DNA from: Gemmatimonadota bacterium
GTDB taxonomy: Bacteria > Gemmatimonadota > Gemmatimonadetes > Gemmatimonadales > GWC2-71-9
DNA: 64,000 nt
Direction of reading: 5' to 3'
Assembly: GCA_036679605.1 (NCBI GenBank)
Contig: JAZDCZ010000254.1
Coordinates: 32,001-96,000, forward strand
Positions 10,461 to 20,457 of this stretch are shown one piece after another. The first letter of the stretch is position 1; the number at the start of each line of letters is the position of its first letter. The position numbers were made by a program, and so were the translations under genes. The notes beneath the pieces were generated by a model, which saw only the letters and a list, made by a program, of their open reading frames with translations, did no database searches and was not told the origin of the DNA.

Positions 10461-10822
10461 ATGCCGACTCATATATCCTCTCCGCACGTGTAGCCGCCGC
10501 CGGGTCTAAGCCCAAATTGATCGACGAATTCATCGGTCGCGTCAATTCCGACACAAACAGCGTAAGCATCGCCAAGATGACCAGCCCTACTGGATGGGTC
10601 GAACCCGGTCAAACTCCGGAGTTCGATGAGTTTACTCTAGTACTCAGCGGAACGCTCCGCGTGGACTACGACGGGGGCACAATCGATGTAAGACCGGGAG
10701 AAGCCGTGATCGCACACGGAGGTGAATGGGTTCAGTACAGCACTCCTGGGCCGGCTGGAGCCGAATACGTGGCCGTCTGCGTTCCGGCATTCTCCCCCGA
10801 CCGAGTGAATAGAGACGAATAA
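10461..10822 (+). pseudogene. Cupin (EutQ-like) with an apparent 1-nt frameshift near 10482
   Basis: GGAG RBS then ATG10461 reads MPTHISSPHV*, while the cupin body (AAAGSKPKLIDEFIGRVNS...GWVEPGQTPEFDE...YVAVCVPAF) is in another frame. Confidence 0.65.
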
Positions 10823-10895
10823 ATCAGTCCGGTGGATGGTCACAAACTGGGAGTGAGCGGGGTCACCGCGCAGACCTGCCGGTTCGCCTAGATTC

Positions 10896-11402
10896 ATGAC
10901 CATGATGTCTACCATACTGCGAACCAAAGCATTTCTTGGTGGCCTCCTTACCCTCTCACTGGGGGTCGTGGCGGCAGCCGGCCCGCTGTATGGCCAGAAT
11001 CGTCCCGCCCTGGTCGCGAGCGTTTTGCCCGCTATCGTCGATGTTTCAGCCTCGAGACCAGACGGCAGCCTGGAAGCGGCAGAGGAGGTTTCTACCCCCG
11101 AGCCACACGGTCCATTGACCATAGGGCGCGCCGCACTACTCGGCGCAGTCCAGACCAACAACGACTCTTCAGTGGCACGACTTGCCGCTCCGATCTACGA
11201 AGCAAGACAGAACGGCGACGGCTTCTTGAACCGGGTCGGCCATGCGAAGCTCAGACTGGCTCCAGCGCCTCACGTGAAGGTAGCCGTGTCGATCCGCAAC
11301 TTGCTCAGGGACCATTCCGAACATCGGATTTTGGCCCACACCGTACCCGGACTCTCCACCGTGTACCACTCATATAGTGTTGGCATCGCCATAGGTTTCT
11401 AG
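10896..11402 (+). CDS. Hypothetical exported protein with a C-terminal beta-signal-like end
   Basis: Signal-peptide-like N-terminus; ends YSVGIAIGF. Confidence 0.5.
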   Translation: MTMMSTILRTKAFLGGLLTLSLGVVAAAGPLYGQNRPALVASVLPAIVDVSASRPDGSLEAAEEVSTPEPHGPLTIGRAALLGAVQTNNDSSVARLAAPIYEARQNGDGFLNRVGHAKLRLAPAPHVKVAVSIRNLLRDHSEHRILAHTVPGLSTVYHSYSVGIAIGF

Positions 11403-11406
11403 ACGA

Positions 11407-14238
11407 TCAGGGTTTCTCAGGGTACAGCGACACTCTGATGTAATTGTCTAGGGGCAAGTACTCCAGCGCTGCACTCTGCACGTCGGCAATCGTAAGCTCG
11501 TCGATCAACGCGTTGTACGTAAGAATGGCCCGGGGGTCCAGGCCCAAACGATCGTAAGCAAGGAGCTGGTTGAGCCAGAACCTGTTTTGCTTGATACTGG
11601 TTTCCCTGTCTCGCCGTTGCTGCTCCTGAACTTTGTCGATATCGGCTTGATCGGGACCTTTGTCAACCAGATTCCTGATCTCGTCGAAGACCTCCAATGT
11701 CAGCTCTTCGAGCCTGTCCGGGTCGGCACCGAAGCTGATGTGTATTGAATACGAAGGCTGGGGTTCTCTGTCTGTCGATCCGGCCACCGAAACGCTGTAC
11801 GTACCGCTCAGCACCTCACGCAACCTCTCCCTCAACCTCAGTTGCAACACTTGGATGAGCGAACTGATTCGATACCTGTTCTGCCTTGTGAATTCGAGTG
11901 GCCCCGTGAACACGATGCTGGTTCGGCTCTTGGGTTCCAGACCACGCCTAACGATTCTCTCCACTTTGGTCGCTGGCGGACGAATCCCAAGGTCGCGCCA
12001 AGTTTCCTCTCTGCCCTCAGAGGGGAGCGGAGCAAGATATTGCAGCACCAATTGCTTCATCTTCTCAAGATCGACGTTCCCGACAAAGACGAACGTGAAA
12101 TCGCCCGCATCGGAAAAGCGATCCTGATAAAACCGAAACGACTTGTCGAGATCCATCTCCTCGTAGATCTCGTTGGTAGGTGGACGAGCACGAAAGTGGT
12201 GCTGTGTCAGCGTAACGTTCAGTGTGTCCTGGAAGGCGGCGGCCGGACTGGAACTACGATTTGCCAGAACCGATTTTACTTGCGACCGAAAAGCGAGGTA
12301 TGAGGTGCTGTCACGACGTGGCTCCGTAAACAATAGATAGACCAGCTGGAACAGAGTTTCTACGTCATCGGGCGATGCACTGCCGCCGAGCCCTTCGTAG
12401 AACGAACCCACGTTGGGATTAACCGATACCGCCTTGCCGGCCAATTTCTTCTGAAGGTCCACAAGGCTGAATCTCCCCATGCCGCCTGCGGCGACCACCG
12501 TGGCTGCCGTTGATGCCGCAATGAAGTCCGAGTCGGGGGCAAGTGAAGTCCCGCCCGGGCTCGACGCCCGGAACACGATTTGGTCGTCCTTAAAATCTGT
12601 CGGCTTCAAGAGCACCCGGAGCCCGTTGGATAGCTGCCACGCAGTTACGCCGATCTCCTCGAGTTCACTCTCTCGCGCTATCGTCCCTGCCGCAGGTAGC
12701 TCAGCGATGAACGGATCGTCATCCACAATTTCCACATATGGATCCAAGTCACTTCGCTGCACTTCTTCGAACACTGCAAGCATCTGGTCTTCAGATGGAA
12801 CCTGGACGCCTGGTTTCTCAGGAGCGCTGACCAGAATCACCCGATTGCGATCGCTTAGCCATTCTCGGGCCAACCGGTTCGTCTCATCCAGCGTGATGTC
12901 TGGAAGGAACCGCTGGTGAAGTTCGTATTCGAGGGCAACTCCGGGAATGGGCTCGTTGTACAGAAAGGCATCTACGTATTCGAATGCATACTGCCCCGAG
13001 TTGGTCTTGTCACGCTCGGCATAGTCTCGCTCCAAGCGACGCAGAAGTTCTATCTTGTTTCGATCCAACTCGCTAGCAGTGAATCCGTATCGTGCGACAC
13101 GTTCGGCCTCTGTCAGAAGCGTGTGCAAGCCGCGTGTAACGCCCCCATCCGCAACACCGGCGCCCAGAACATAGACCTCCTTCGATCGGATCAACCGGCC
13201 TTGACCTGAGGAACCGTACAGGAAGGGAGGGTCAGCCTGCTGTGTGAGTTCGAAGAGCCGCTGATTCAGCATCCTGTTGTAAAGGCGCTCCACTATGAGC
13301 TTCCGGTAGCCGCCGATATCGATCTCGTCTTCCGGCGGCTGGAGATAATAGAGACTGACACTGGAACTGGTAGCCTCCTCGTCCGTAGCAATGGTAACCA
13401 GCGTCTTGTCATGGTCGGGAACCGGATACACGGTCCTCGGACGGGGGTCCGTTGCAGCTGTCCAGTCAGAGAAGTGATCTTTTATCAACTGCACTATTGC
13501 GTCTCTGTCGAAATCTCCAACCGCAATCACCGCCATTAGGTCAGGACGGTACCAGTCGCGGTAGAACCGTTTCAGTGCATCGTGATCGAACGACTCGAGC
13601 ACGGAAGGCTTACCGATCGGCAACCTCTCTGAGTAACGGGAGTTCTTGAAGAGTGTGGGGAACTGTTTGTCCATAATCCGCGCTCCGGCCCCCCGACCCA
13701 GCCGCCACTCCTCCATGACAACCCCACGTTCGCCATCTATCTGTGCTGAATCGAACAACTGCCTGTGGGCCCAGTCTTCGAGAATCTCGAACGCCTTCAC
13801 CATGACAGTCGCGGTGTCAGTCGGCACCTGGAGCATATAGACCGTCTCATCAAAACTCGTATAGGCATTGAGATCGGCACCGAACCGCATACCAATGCGT
13901 TCCAGATAGTCCACCAACTGCTGTCGCGGGAACCTCTCGGTACCGTTGAAAGCCATATGCTCCACGAAGTGAGCCAGCCCGAGCTGGTCGTCGTCTTCGA
14001 GTACGGACCCTGCATTTACGACCAGACGCAATTCCGCGCGGTTCTCGGGACGATGGTTCACTCGAACGTAGTAGCGCAGACCATTGTCGAGGGTGCCGGT
14101 GGTCACCAAGGGGTCCAGCGGGAGCGGGTCGGCAAGATTTGGAGGCGCGGCCTGACCCTCCAGATGGGTACCACCCACCAGGAGAATGGCGCACCAGATT
14201 GCCCAAAACGACCTTCTCTTCATCAGCTTTCTCCGCAT
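11407..14238 (-). CDS. M16 family zinc protease (PqqL-like, two-module)
   Basis: Inverted zincin HFVEH, NAYTSFDETVY, FYRDWYRP, LRERLREVLSGTY; signal peptide. Confidence 0.93.
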   Translation of the reverse strand: MRRKLMKRRSFWAIWCAILLVGGTHLEGQAAPPNLADPLPLDPLVTTGTLDNGLRYYVRVNHRPENRAELRLVVNAGSVLEDDDQLGLAHFVEHMAFNGTERFPRQQLVDYLERIGMRFGADLNAYTSFDETVYMLQVPTDTATVMVKAFEILEDWAHRQLFDSAQIDGERGVVMEEWRLGRGAGARIMDKQFPTLFKNSRYSERLPIGKPSVLESFDHDALKRFYRDWYRPDLMAVIAVGDFDRDAIVQLIKDHFSDWTAATDPRPRTVYPVPDHDKTLVTIATDEEATSSSVSLYYLQPPEDEIDIGGYRKLIVERLYNRMLNQRLFELTQQADPPFLYGSSGQGRLIRSKEVYVLGAGVADGGVTRGLHTLLTEAERVARYGFTASELDRNKIELLRRLERDYAERDKTNSGQYAFEYVDAFLYNEPIPGVALEYELHQRFLPDITLDETNRLAREWLSDRNRVILVSAPEKPGVQVPSEDQMLAVFEEVQRSDLDPYVEIVDDDPFIAELPAAGTIARESELEEIGVTAWQLSNGLRVLLKPTDFKDDQIVFRASSPGGTSLAPDSDFIAASTAATVVAAGGMGRFSLVDLQKKLAGKAVSVNPNVGSFYEGLGGSASPDDVETLFQLVYLLFTEPRRDSTSYLAFRSQVKSVLANRSSSPAAAFQDTLNVTLTQHHFRARPPTNEIYEEMDLDKSFRFYQDRFSDAGDFTFVFVGNVDLEKMKQLVLQYLAPLPSEGREETWRDLGIRPPATKVERIVRRGLEPKSRTSIVFTGPLEFTRQNRYRISSLIQVLQLRLRERLREVLSGTYSVSVAGSTDREPQPSYSIHISFGADPDRLEELTLEVFDEIRNLVDKGPDQADIDKVQEQQRRDRETSIKQNRFWLNQLLAYDRLGLDPRAILTYNALIDELTIADVQSAALEYLPLDNYIRVSLYPEKP

Positions 14239-14401
14239 TGGTCCAGCCTCTGTACCCTCATGGATCCCGCTTTGTGCCGCCTCACTCAAGGCTGTTCTCC
14301 GGACCAACGCCCACGTGGCGAAAATCCTTGAGCGACAATACATTAGCGTCTCCTCCGGTCGCTAGCCCGTGATCTCCTATATGAGCCCGCACATGCACTC
14401 A

Positions 14402-15340
14402 ATGAAATCTCTCAGCCGCAGAAGCTTCATCGGGACATGCGCCGCGGCGGCAACGGCTGGTCGATTGAGAATCGAGCCTGATATCTACGCCCTGGTGCTA
14501 GGGTCTGTGCAGGATGGCGGACTCCCTCAGACGGGTTGCTACACACCGCGTTGCGACCGTGCCAGGCTCAATCCTCGATACGTGGCCTCGATCGGCCTTG
14601 TCGAACCCGACTCAGAACGAGTTTACCTGGTCGATGCAACACCCGACATCACGAGACAGATCGACTTGATCAAGGAGCCCTGGTTCCGCCGGCACGCGGA
14701 ACAGAGACATCCGTTCGACGGCATCTTTCTGACCCACGCTCATATCGGTCACTACCTTGGCTTAGCACTCCTGGGCCGCGAGGGACTCGGCATGAGTTCA
14801 ACACCGTGCTACTGCAGTGCGAGTATGGCCGAGTTCTTGGCCGAGAACGCACCGTGGCGCTTGTTGGTAGAGGAGGGCAGGCTCGAACTCAAGGCACTCG
14901 AGTTCGACAAGTGGCATCGGATCGATGACTCTTTATCGGTGCAGGTTCTACCAGTCCCCCATCGCCACGAGTTTTCCGATACCGTGGCATTTGTGTTCCG
15001 CGGTCCCTCTCGCTCCCTGCTGTACCTGCCGGACATAGACCAATGGACCAAGTGGGCACGTCCCATCGAGACCGTGGTCTCGAGCGTAGACATCGCCCTC
15101 GTGGATGGGTCCTTCTATTCAGCCACCGAGGTCCCTGGGCGCCGCCACGAGGATATACCCCATCCCCTCATGGTGGACACCATGGACCGGCTTCAGCAGT
15201 CCGTCCAATCCGGCCACAAAATTGTATTCACTCACCTGAACAATACGAACATCGCCCTCGACACCGACGGGAACGAGGCTGTTGATCTTCGTAAACGCGG
15301 GTTCGAAATAGCCCAAGAGGGAATGCGGTTTACTCTCTAG
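14402..15340 (+). CDS. Tat-exported PqqB-like MBL-fold metallohydrolase
   Basis: SRRSFI Tat motif, LGSVQDGGLPQ, FLTHAHIGHY, VPHRHE, YLPDID, FTHLNNTN; start uncertain (14369-14402). Confidence 0.82.
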   Translation: MKSLSRRSFIGTCAAAATAGRLRIEPDIYALVLGSVQDGGLPQTGCYTPRCDRARLNPRYVASIGLVEPDSERVYLVDATPDITRQIDLIKEPWFRRHAEQRHPFDGIFLTHAHIGHYLGLALLGREGLGMSSTPCYCSASMAEFLAENAPWRLLVEEGRLELKALEFDKWHRIDDSLSVQVLPVPHRHEFSDTVAFVFRGPSRSLLYLPDIDQWTKWARPIETVVSSVDIALVDGSFYSATEVPGRRHEDIPHPLMVDTMDRLQQSVQSGHKIVFTHLNNTNIALDTDGNEAVDLRKRGFEIAQEGMRFTL

Positions 15341-15376
15341 CGCTATCACGGGACCGCTACACCGGTTGCAGGTCCG

Positions 15377-15565
15377 ACTGCCACCACTCTTGCCGATCTT
15401 GGTCTCCACCAACACATTAGCTGCCTCGCCCTCATAACCGTCCAAAGAAACAAGAGCACCTACGACGCCGGTGGTCCAGCTGGACCGCCGACATCGTGCA
15501 CCTCGCCCGCACCCCGGACGACCCGGCGCGGGTAAAAGCACTTGATGCGACAGGAGGAACTGATG
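15377..15565 (+). repeat. Duplicated promoter/leader/RBS module, copy 1
   Basis: Highly similar to 17188-17373; TTGCCG(15390)-N17-CACATT(15413), then about 145 nt to ATG15563, AGGAGG RBS. Confidence 0.85.
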
Positions 15566-17140
15566 GCCCGTCGTAGCACTATGAGCGTTTTCTCGATGCT
15601 CGCCCTCACCTGTCTCGGGGTCTCTGCTAGCCAGGCCCAGGAAACTGCGCCACCTCCTGCGGTCGACTACGAAGCGCTACACGCCTACATCCTGAGCGCC
15701 GTCGAGGCAAGTCAGGCCACTGGTCTGGCGGTCGGCATCATCAAGGATGACGAAGTCGTCTTCGCGCGAGGCTATGGCGTTCGCAGTCTCGAGACCATGG
15801 TTCCGGTCGATACACAGACACAGTTCGGCCTTGCGTCGGCGTCGAAGCCCTTCACCGTGGCCGCGTTGGGACTCCTGGTCGACGAGGGCAAGCTGAACTG
15901 GAACGACAAGGTCATCGATCATCTCCCGTGGTTTCGGCTTCAGGATGCTTACGCCACCGTGGAATTGACAATCGGCGATCTACTGTCTCACCGGTCAGGA
16001 TTGGGATCGTTCGATGGCGATCTGCTGTGGTTCGGGACGGACTACACCAGCGAAGAGGTGGTCCGGAGGATCCGCTCGTTGCCGCTGAGAAACGGCTTCC
16101 GGGCCCGGGCCGGATATCAGAGCGTGATGTTCATTGCGGCCGGCTTGGTGGTGGAAGCCGTCTCAGGAATGCCGTGGCACGAGTTCATCGAGCGGAGGAT
16201 TCTCCAGGTGCTCCGGATGGAGCACTCTTCCGCGAACCTGGCCGACCTGAAGGCAAGCGCCAACCATGCCGTTCCACACGCAGACGGCAGAACACTTCCA
16301 TTTATCAACTACGACAATGTCGGACCGGCAGCCGGCATAAACTCCTCGGTCTCCGACATGCTGAGTTGGCTGAAGATGTGGCTAAGCGAAGGCAGCGTAG
16401 ATGGCACACAGTTCCTCTCGCCGCGGACCATCAGGACGATCACATCATCACAGATGTTCCTGAACGGTGGTCTAGGCGCCGAGCCACAGGGCATTCATTT
16501 CAATAACTATGGATATGGGTGGCGACTGGCGGACTATGCCGGCCGCAAGGTCATTCGTCATGGCGGAGCCGTGCCTGGATATCTCTCCGCGGTGGTGTTC
16601 GTACCTGAAGAGAACCTGGGGATCGTGGTGCTTGTCAATGATCTGGCACTGATCCACGCTGCGATCGCCAATAAGATCCTCGACTTGTTCACGACATCGA
16701 AGGACAGAGACTACGTCGCTGAGACACTGCAATCCCTTAAGCGTTATGAGTCCGTTCTGGAGAGACAGCGGCAGGAGAGATTGAGCGGCCACGCGCCCAA
16801 CACGACGCCGTCACTGCCGCTCGCCGACTATGCCGGGCTGTACCGCGACACCGTGTACGGCGACGCCGAAGTCACGGACGAAAACGGTGTACTGAGTCTC
16901 ACTTTTCTTCCCGCACGAGAGCTGTTCTCGGCCCCCCTCGAGCACTTTCATTTCGACACCTTCAAAGTGCAGTTTACCGAGTGGATCGGTTGGCCGGCTC
17001 TCGAGTTCGGACTGGTGACGTTTCATCTCGGCGCAGACGGACAGGTCGAGACGTTTACTATCGACCTGCCGAGTCGGGATTTCCATTTCTCGAATCTGAA
17101 GTTCGTCAAACAGGATGACCCGACAGCGCCGACTCGCTAG
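15563..17140 (+). CDS. Serine hydrolase (beta-lactamase/PBP family) with DUF3471-like C-terminal domain
   Basis: SASK (SxxK), LLSHRSG, YQS, HGG triad, YAGLYRDTVYG; signal peptide. Confidence 0.9.
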   Translation: MARRSTMSVFSMLALTCLGVSASQAQETAPPPAVDYEALHAYILSAVEASQATGLAVGIIKDDEVVFARGYGVRSLETMVPVDTQTQFGLASASKPFTVAALGLLVDEGKLNWNDKVIDHLPWFRLQDAYATVELTIGDLLSHRSGLGSFDGDLLWFGTDYTSEEVVRRIRSLPLRNGFRARAGYQSVMFIAAGLVVEAVSGMPWHEFIERRILQVLRMEHSSANLADLKASANHAVPHADGRTLPFINYDNVGPAAGINSSVSDMLSWLKMWLSEGSVDGTQFLSPRTIRTITSSQMFLNGGLGAEPQGIHFNNYGYGWRLADYAGRKVIRHGGAVPGYLSAVVFVPEENLGIVVLVNDLALIHAAIANKILDLFTTSKDRDYVAETLQSLKRYESVLERQRQERLSGHAPNTTPSLPLADYAGLYRDTVYGDAEVTDENGVLSLTFLPARELFSAPLEHFHFDTFKVQFTEWIGWPALEFGLVTFHLGADGQVETFTIDLPSRDFHFSNLKFVKQDDPTAPTR

Positions 17141-17187
17141 TGGGACGACCGTACGCCGGTCGGACCGCATGGACCCCCCGGTCCCCC

Positions 17188-17373
17188 ACTGCCACCCCTC
17201 TTGCAGATCTTGGCAGCCGGCAGCACATTGGCTGCCTCGCCCTCATAGCCGTCCAAAGAAACAAGAGCACCTAAGACGCCGGTGGTCCTGCTGGTCCGCC
17301 GACATCGTGCACCTCGCCCACGCCCTGGACCCGGCGCGAGTCACCGCACTTGATGCGACAGGAGGACCCGATG
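17188..17373 (+). repeat. Duplicated promoter/leader/RBS module, copy 2
   Basis: TTGCAG(17201)-N17-CACATT(17224); leader near-identical to copy 1 (ccgtccaaagaaacaagagcaccta...cttgatgcgacaggagga). Confidence 0.85.
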
Positions 17374-20292
17374 GCTCGTGGACCGATACTGTTGATCCTG
17401 GCGCTGGTTGCTGCGGCATGTGCTCCTCGCCCTACGACAGTGGAACTGGAGTTTCGTGAGGGTACACTGATGGAGGTCGTCCCTTCCCCGGACGGCCGCA
17501 GTTTGGCGCTCCAACTTTGGCAGCACATCTGGATTCTCGATGCAGATGGGGGAGAAGCCCGCCGCCTCACGAATCCCATCAATCCGCCGGACGAGCACTG
17601 GTTTCCACGCTGGTCTCCTGACGGCAGCCTCATCGCATACTCCTCAATGCGCGCCGACGCCGGAATTGTCGTTGTGCCCGTGTCTGGTGGATCATCCGAA
17701 CGGCTCACGGATGGTGAATTTGATGCTTGGCCTGACTGGTCACCCGACGGGGGCACGATGGTCTTCAGTCGATACACAGGCGGCATCTGGACGATCCCGT
17801 CAGAGGGAGGAACCCCACAACGTCTAACGCCCGATACTCTTCAGGCGACAACACCGGCGTGGTCACCTGATGGACAGTGGATTGCGTTTAGCTCCAATGG
17901 TCGGCTGCATATCATTAATCCAAACGGTGGGTCCATCCGGGAAGTCACCGTCGGACCGGGAGACGAGGCACCGTCCTGGTCGGCGTCGGGTGGTCAACTC
18001 TTTTTCCTATCGAGCCGGTCGGGAAACCGACAAATCTGGTCTGTTTCCCTCGACGGAGGGGAGCTTCGACAGCTGACTGATGACGAGGACGTGTATCCTT
18101 TCGCCCCTCATTGGATGCCCGGGCGAAATGCCGTTGTCTATGCCGCCGGCGGAAGGATACGCACGCTGGATCCCACGAGCGGGACCAAGGACTCCATCCC
18201 CTTTGTGGCTCGTTTGTCTTTGCCAAGGCCCACCTACGCCCGCAAGAGACCCGAGATCCCAGCGGGTGGAACACGTGTTCCGGTGCGCGGAATTTACAAG
18301 CCCGCGCCCTCTCCGGATGGAAGTCACATAGCGTTCGCCGCACTGGGTGACCTGTGGCTGTGGGACGAGGATGGACGCACCGAGCAGCTGACCTCCGGCC
18401 CAGCCGACGACGGGGATGTGGCCTGGTCGCCCGATGGTCGCGCGATTGGATTCGTATCCGACGATCTCGGGGATTATCAGCTGTATGTACTCGAACTCGC
18501 GACCAGGGAGCGCCGACGGGTCACCAACGGCCTCGGCCAAACCGAAAATCCGATCTGGCATCCCTCTGGTGACAGTATCGTTTTTGTTCAGCGACCGTGG
18601 ACACAGGGCACCCCCACGTTGCAGATAGTCGCTCTCACCGGCGGACCGAGTCGACCCATTACCCATGCCAGAGCAATTGATGTGAAGCCGCTCGGCTGGG
18701 CTGCAGACGGCCAAAGTTTGCTGTACCAACAACTCTCGTTTGATCCCCAAACCTTTGAAATGACGACGACGGTCATGCAGCAGGGCTCGGAAGGGCCGCG
18801 TCCAATCCTGGAAGGACAATTTCGGGGGCAACTGGATTTTGTCGCGCTGTCGCACGATGCCCAGCGATGGGCCTACGTTGATAGAGGCGAACTCTACATC
18901 CGTTCGTTGGACGCCGACTCGGTCGGGAGGAGGGTGGGGACGCGTGCGGCTTACTTCCCGGCATGGTCTGCCGACGGAAACCTAGTGTATACCAGCGGTG
19001 GAAAGCTGAGACGGGTCGATGTCACTACCGGCAGAGACCGGGATCTTCTACTCGATCTGGCCTACGAAGTACCTAGTGCCGGAACACTCGTGGTGCGGAA
19101 CGCACGATTGCTCACGCCGGAACCTCGGGAAGGACTGTGGGACCTGTTTCTCGCGGATGGCTTGATAGAGTCGATACAACCGAGCGGGGGCCAACCGCTG
19201 GAAGCTGATTCCGTAATAGATGTGGAAGGGCGGATTGTCATGCCGGGACTTATGGACCTTCATGCGCATGTCTTCCGAGGGAGTTTTCCTGCAGAGGGGT
19301 ACTTGTACTGGGGCGTGACGTCGATTGGAAGTGCTGGTGGCGAGGGGCACTGGACAGTTCAGCTTAGGGAGTCGATCGAAGCTGGGCGAAAGAGCGGTCC
19401 ACGGATTTTTCCAGCCGGAGGGTTCGTCGTTGCCAGCGGGATGAACGCGTTTCCGCAAATGCTTCGTGTCGATACGGAAGAGCAGCTCGAACGACACCTG
19501 GATCACCTGGCGGGGCTTGGAGCGACACAGATCAAGCACTACCAGCGACGCAACCCCTGGATCGAAGCGGCTACGGTTAGCGCCGCGCACCGGCGGGGCA
19601 TACCGGTCCTGTCACATTTTATCGCACCGGCAGCCGTTGCCGTCGGTCTCGACCGAAAAGAGCATGCCTTCTACTCAGCATGGAATGGGGAGGTGACGGC
19701 GCAATATCGGCAGGACGTCCTTGAGATCCTCGAGAAGACCAGCATCACACTGACCCCGACGTTGGCGTTCGCCGGTACGCCGTTAGACTCGTCGGGAACC
19801 GATCGCATTCAACCCGACTTTTCCGACCCTGAGGTATCCAATTTCCTGCAGCCATCCGCTGTAGGGGTCGTGCAGCGACGGCACGCGAGACGTACCCAGC
19901 AAGCGGGCAGCCCCGAGTCACAGCGTATGTTGCGAGCCATGCTTGCCAACACTGCGGCGGCGCAAGATGGCGGCGTCAGAATAGCCACCGGAACCGATTG
20001 GCAGCCGGGCTACCTAGCCCTGCATTGGGAACTGGCGCTACTCGTCGAGGCGGGGCTCTCACCTCTGGAGGCACTGCGTGCCGCAACGGCGAATGCGGCT
20101 TACGCTCTAGGCATGGATGGTAGGCTCGGTTCAATCGAAGAGGGTGCGGTAGCGGATCTCCTCGTCCTTGACGCAGACCCAATGCAGGATATCCGCAACA
20201 CGCAGAAGATCTATGCCGTTGTGAAGAACGGGCAATTGATCAATCGCAAGAAACTGCTCAATGCCGCACGTACCAAGCATGAAGGTCGTTGA
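17371..20292 (+). CDS. Lipoprotein: TolB/PD40 beta-propellers fused to amidohydrolase domain
   Basis: Lipobox AAAC, many P.WSPDG repeats, PGLMDLHAH, TGTD, GSIEEGAVADL. Confidence 0.9.
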   Translation: MARGPILLILALVAAACAPRPTTVELEFREGTLMEVVPSPDGRSLALQLWQHIWILDADGGEARRLTNPINPPDEHWFPRWSPDGSLIAYSSMRADAGIVVVPVSGGSSERLTDGEFDAWPDWSPDGGTMVFSRYTGGIWTIPSEGGTPQRLTPDTLQATTPAWSPDGQWIAFSSNGRLHIINPNGGSIREVTVGPGDEAPSWSASGGQLFFLSSRSGNRQIWSVSLDGGELRQLTDDEDVYPFAPHWMPGRNAVVYAAGGRIRTLDPTSGTKDSIPFVARLSLPRPTYARKRPEIPAGGTRVPVRGIYKPAPSPDGSHIAFAALGDLWLWDEDGRTEQLTSGPADDGDVAWSPDGRAIGFVSDDLGDYQLYVLELATRERRRVTNGLGQTENPIWHPSGDSIVFVQRPWTQGTPTLQIVALTGGPSRPITHARAIDVKPLGWAADGQSLLYQQLSFDPQTFEMTTTVMQQGSEGPRPILEGQFRGQLDFVALSHDAQRWAYVDRGELYIRSLDADSVGRRVGTRAAYFPAWSADGNLVYTSGGKLRRVDVTTGRDRDLLLDLAYEVPSAGTLVVRNARLLTPEPREGLWDLFLADGLIESIQPSGGQPLEADSVIDVEGRIVMPGLMDLHAHVFRGSFPAEGYLYWGVTSIGSAGGEGHWTVQLRESIEAGRKSGPRIFPAGGFVVASGMNAFPQMLRVDTEEQLERHLDHLAGLGATQIKHYQRRNPWIEAATVSAAHRRGIPVLSHFIAPAAVAVGLDRKEHAFYSAWNGEVTAQYRQDVLEILEKTSITLTPTLAFAGTPLDSSGTDRIQPDFSDPEVSNFLQPSAVGVVQRRHARRTQQAGSPESQRMLRAMLANTAAAQDGGVRIATGTDWQPGYLALHWELALLVEAGLSPLEALRAATANAAYALGMDGRLGSIEEGAVADLLVLDADPMQDIRNTQKIYAVVKNGQLINRKKLLNAARTKHEGR

Positions 20293-20360
20293 GACGGTGG
20301 AACGCGCTAAGCTCAACCCCGCGATAGCAACAGTATTCGAGTACTTGTCAAGTTGACCGT

Positions 20361-20457
20361 GCGCCCTGGACCCAGCGCGGGTCACCGCAACTGATGTGCA
20401 AGGAGGAACCGATGGCCACTCGTAGCGCAATACACTTTCTCTCGATGCTCACGCTCA
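20361..20457 (+). repeat. Partial third copy of the leader/RBS/signal-peptide module
   Basis: cgccctggacccagcgcgggtcaccgcaactgatgtgcaaggaggaaccgatggcc matches the 3' end of copies 1 and 2; signal-peptide codons resemble those of the 15563 gene. Confidence 0.7.

Noticed and set aside
11407..15340. PQQ biosynthesis cluster (PqqL-like and PqqB-like genes)
   Set aside because: No pqqA, C, D or E; both proteins have export signals and belong to broad families.
15563..17140. Beta-lactam resistance gene
   Set aside because: SxxK hydrolase with a DUF3471-like tail and HGG triad is more typical of peptidases and esterases; resistance cannot be inferred.
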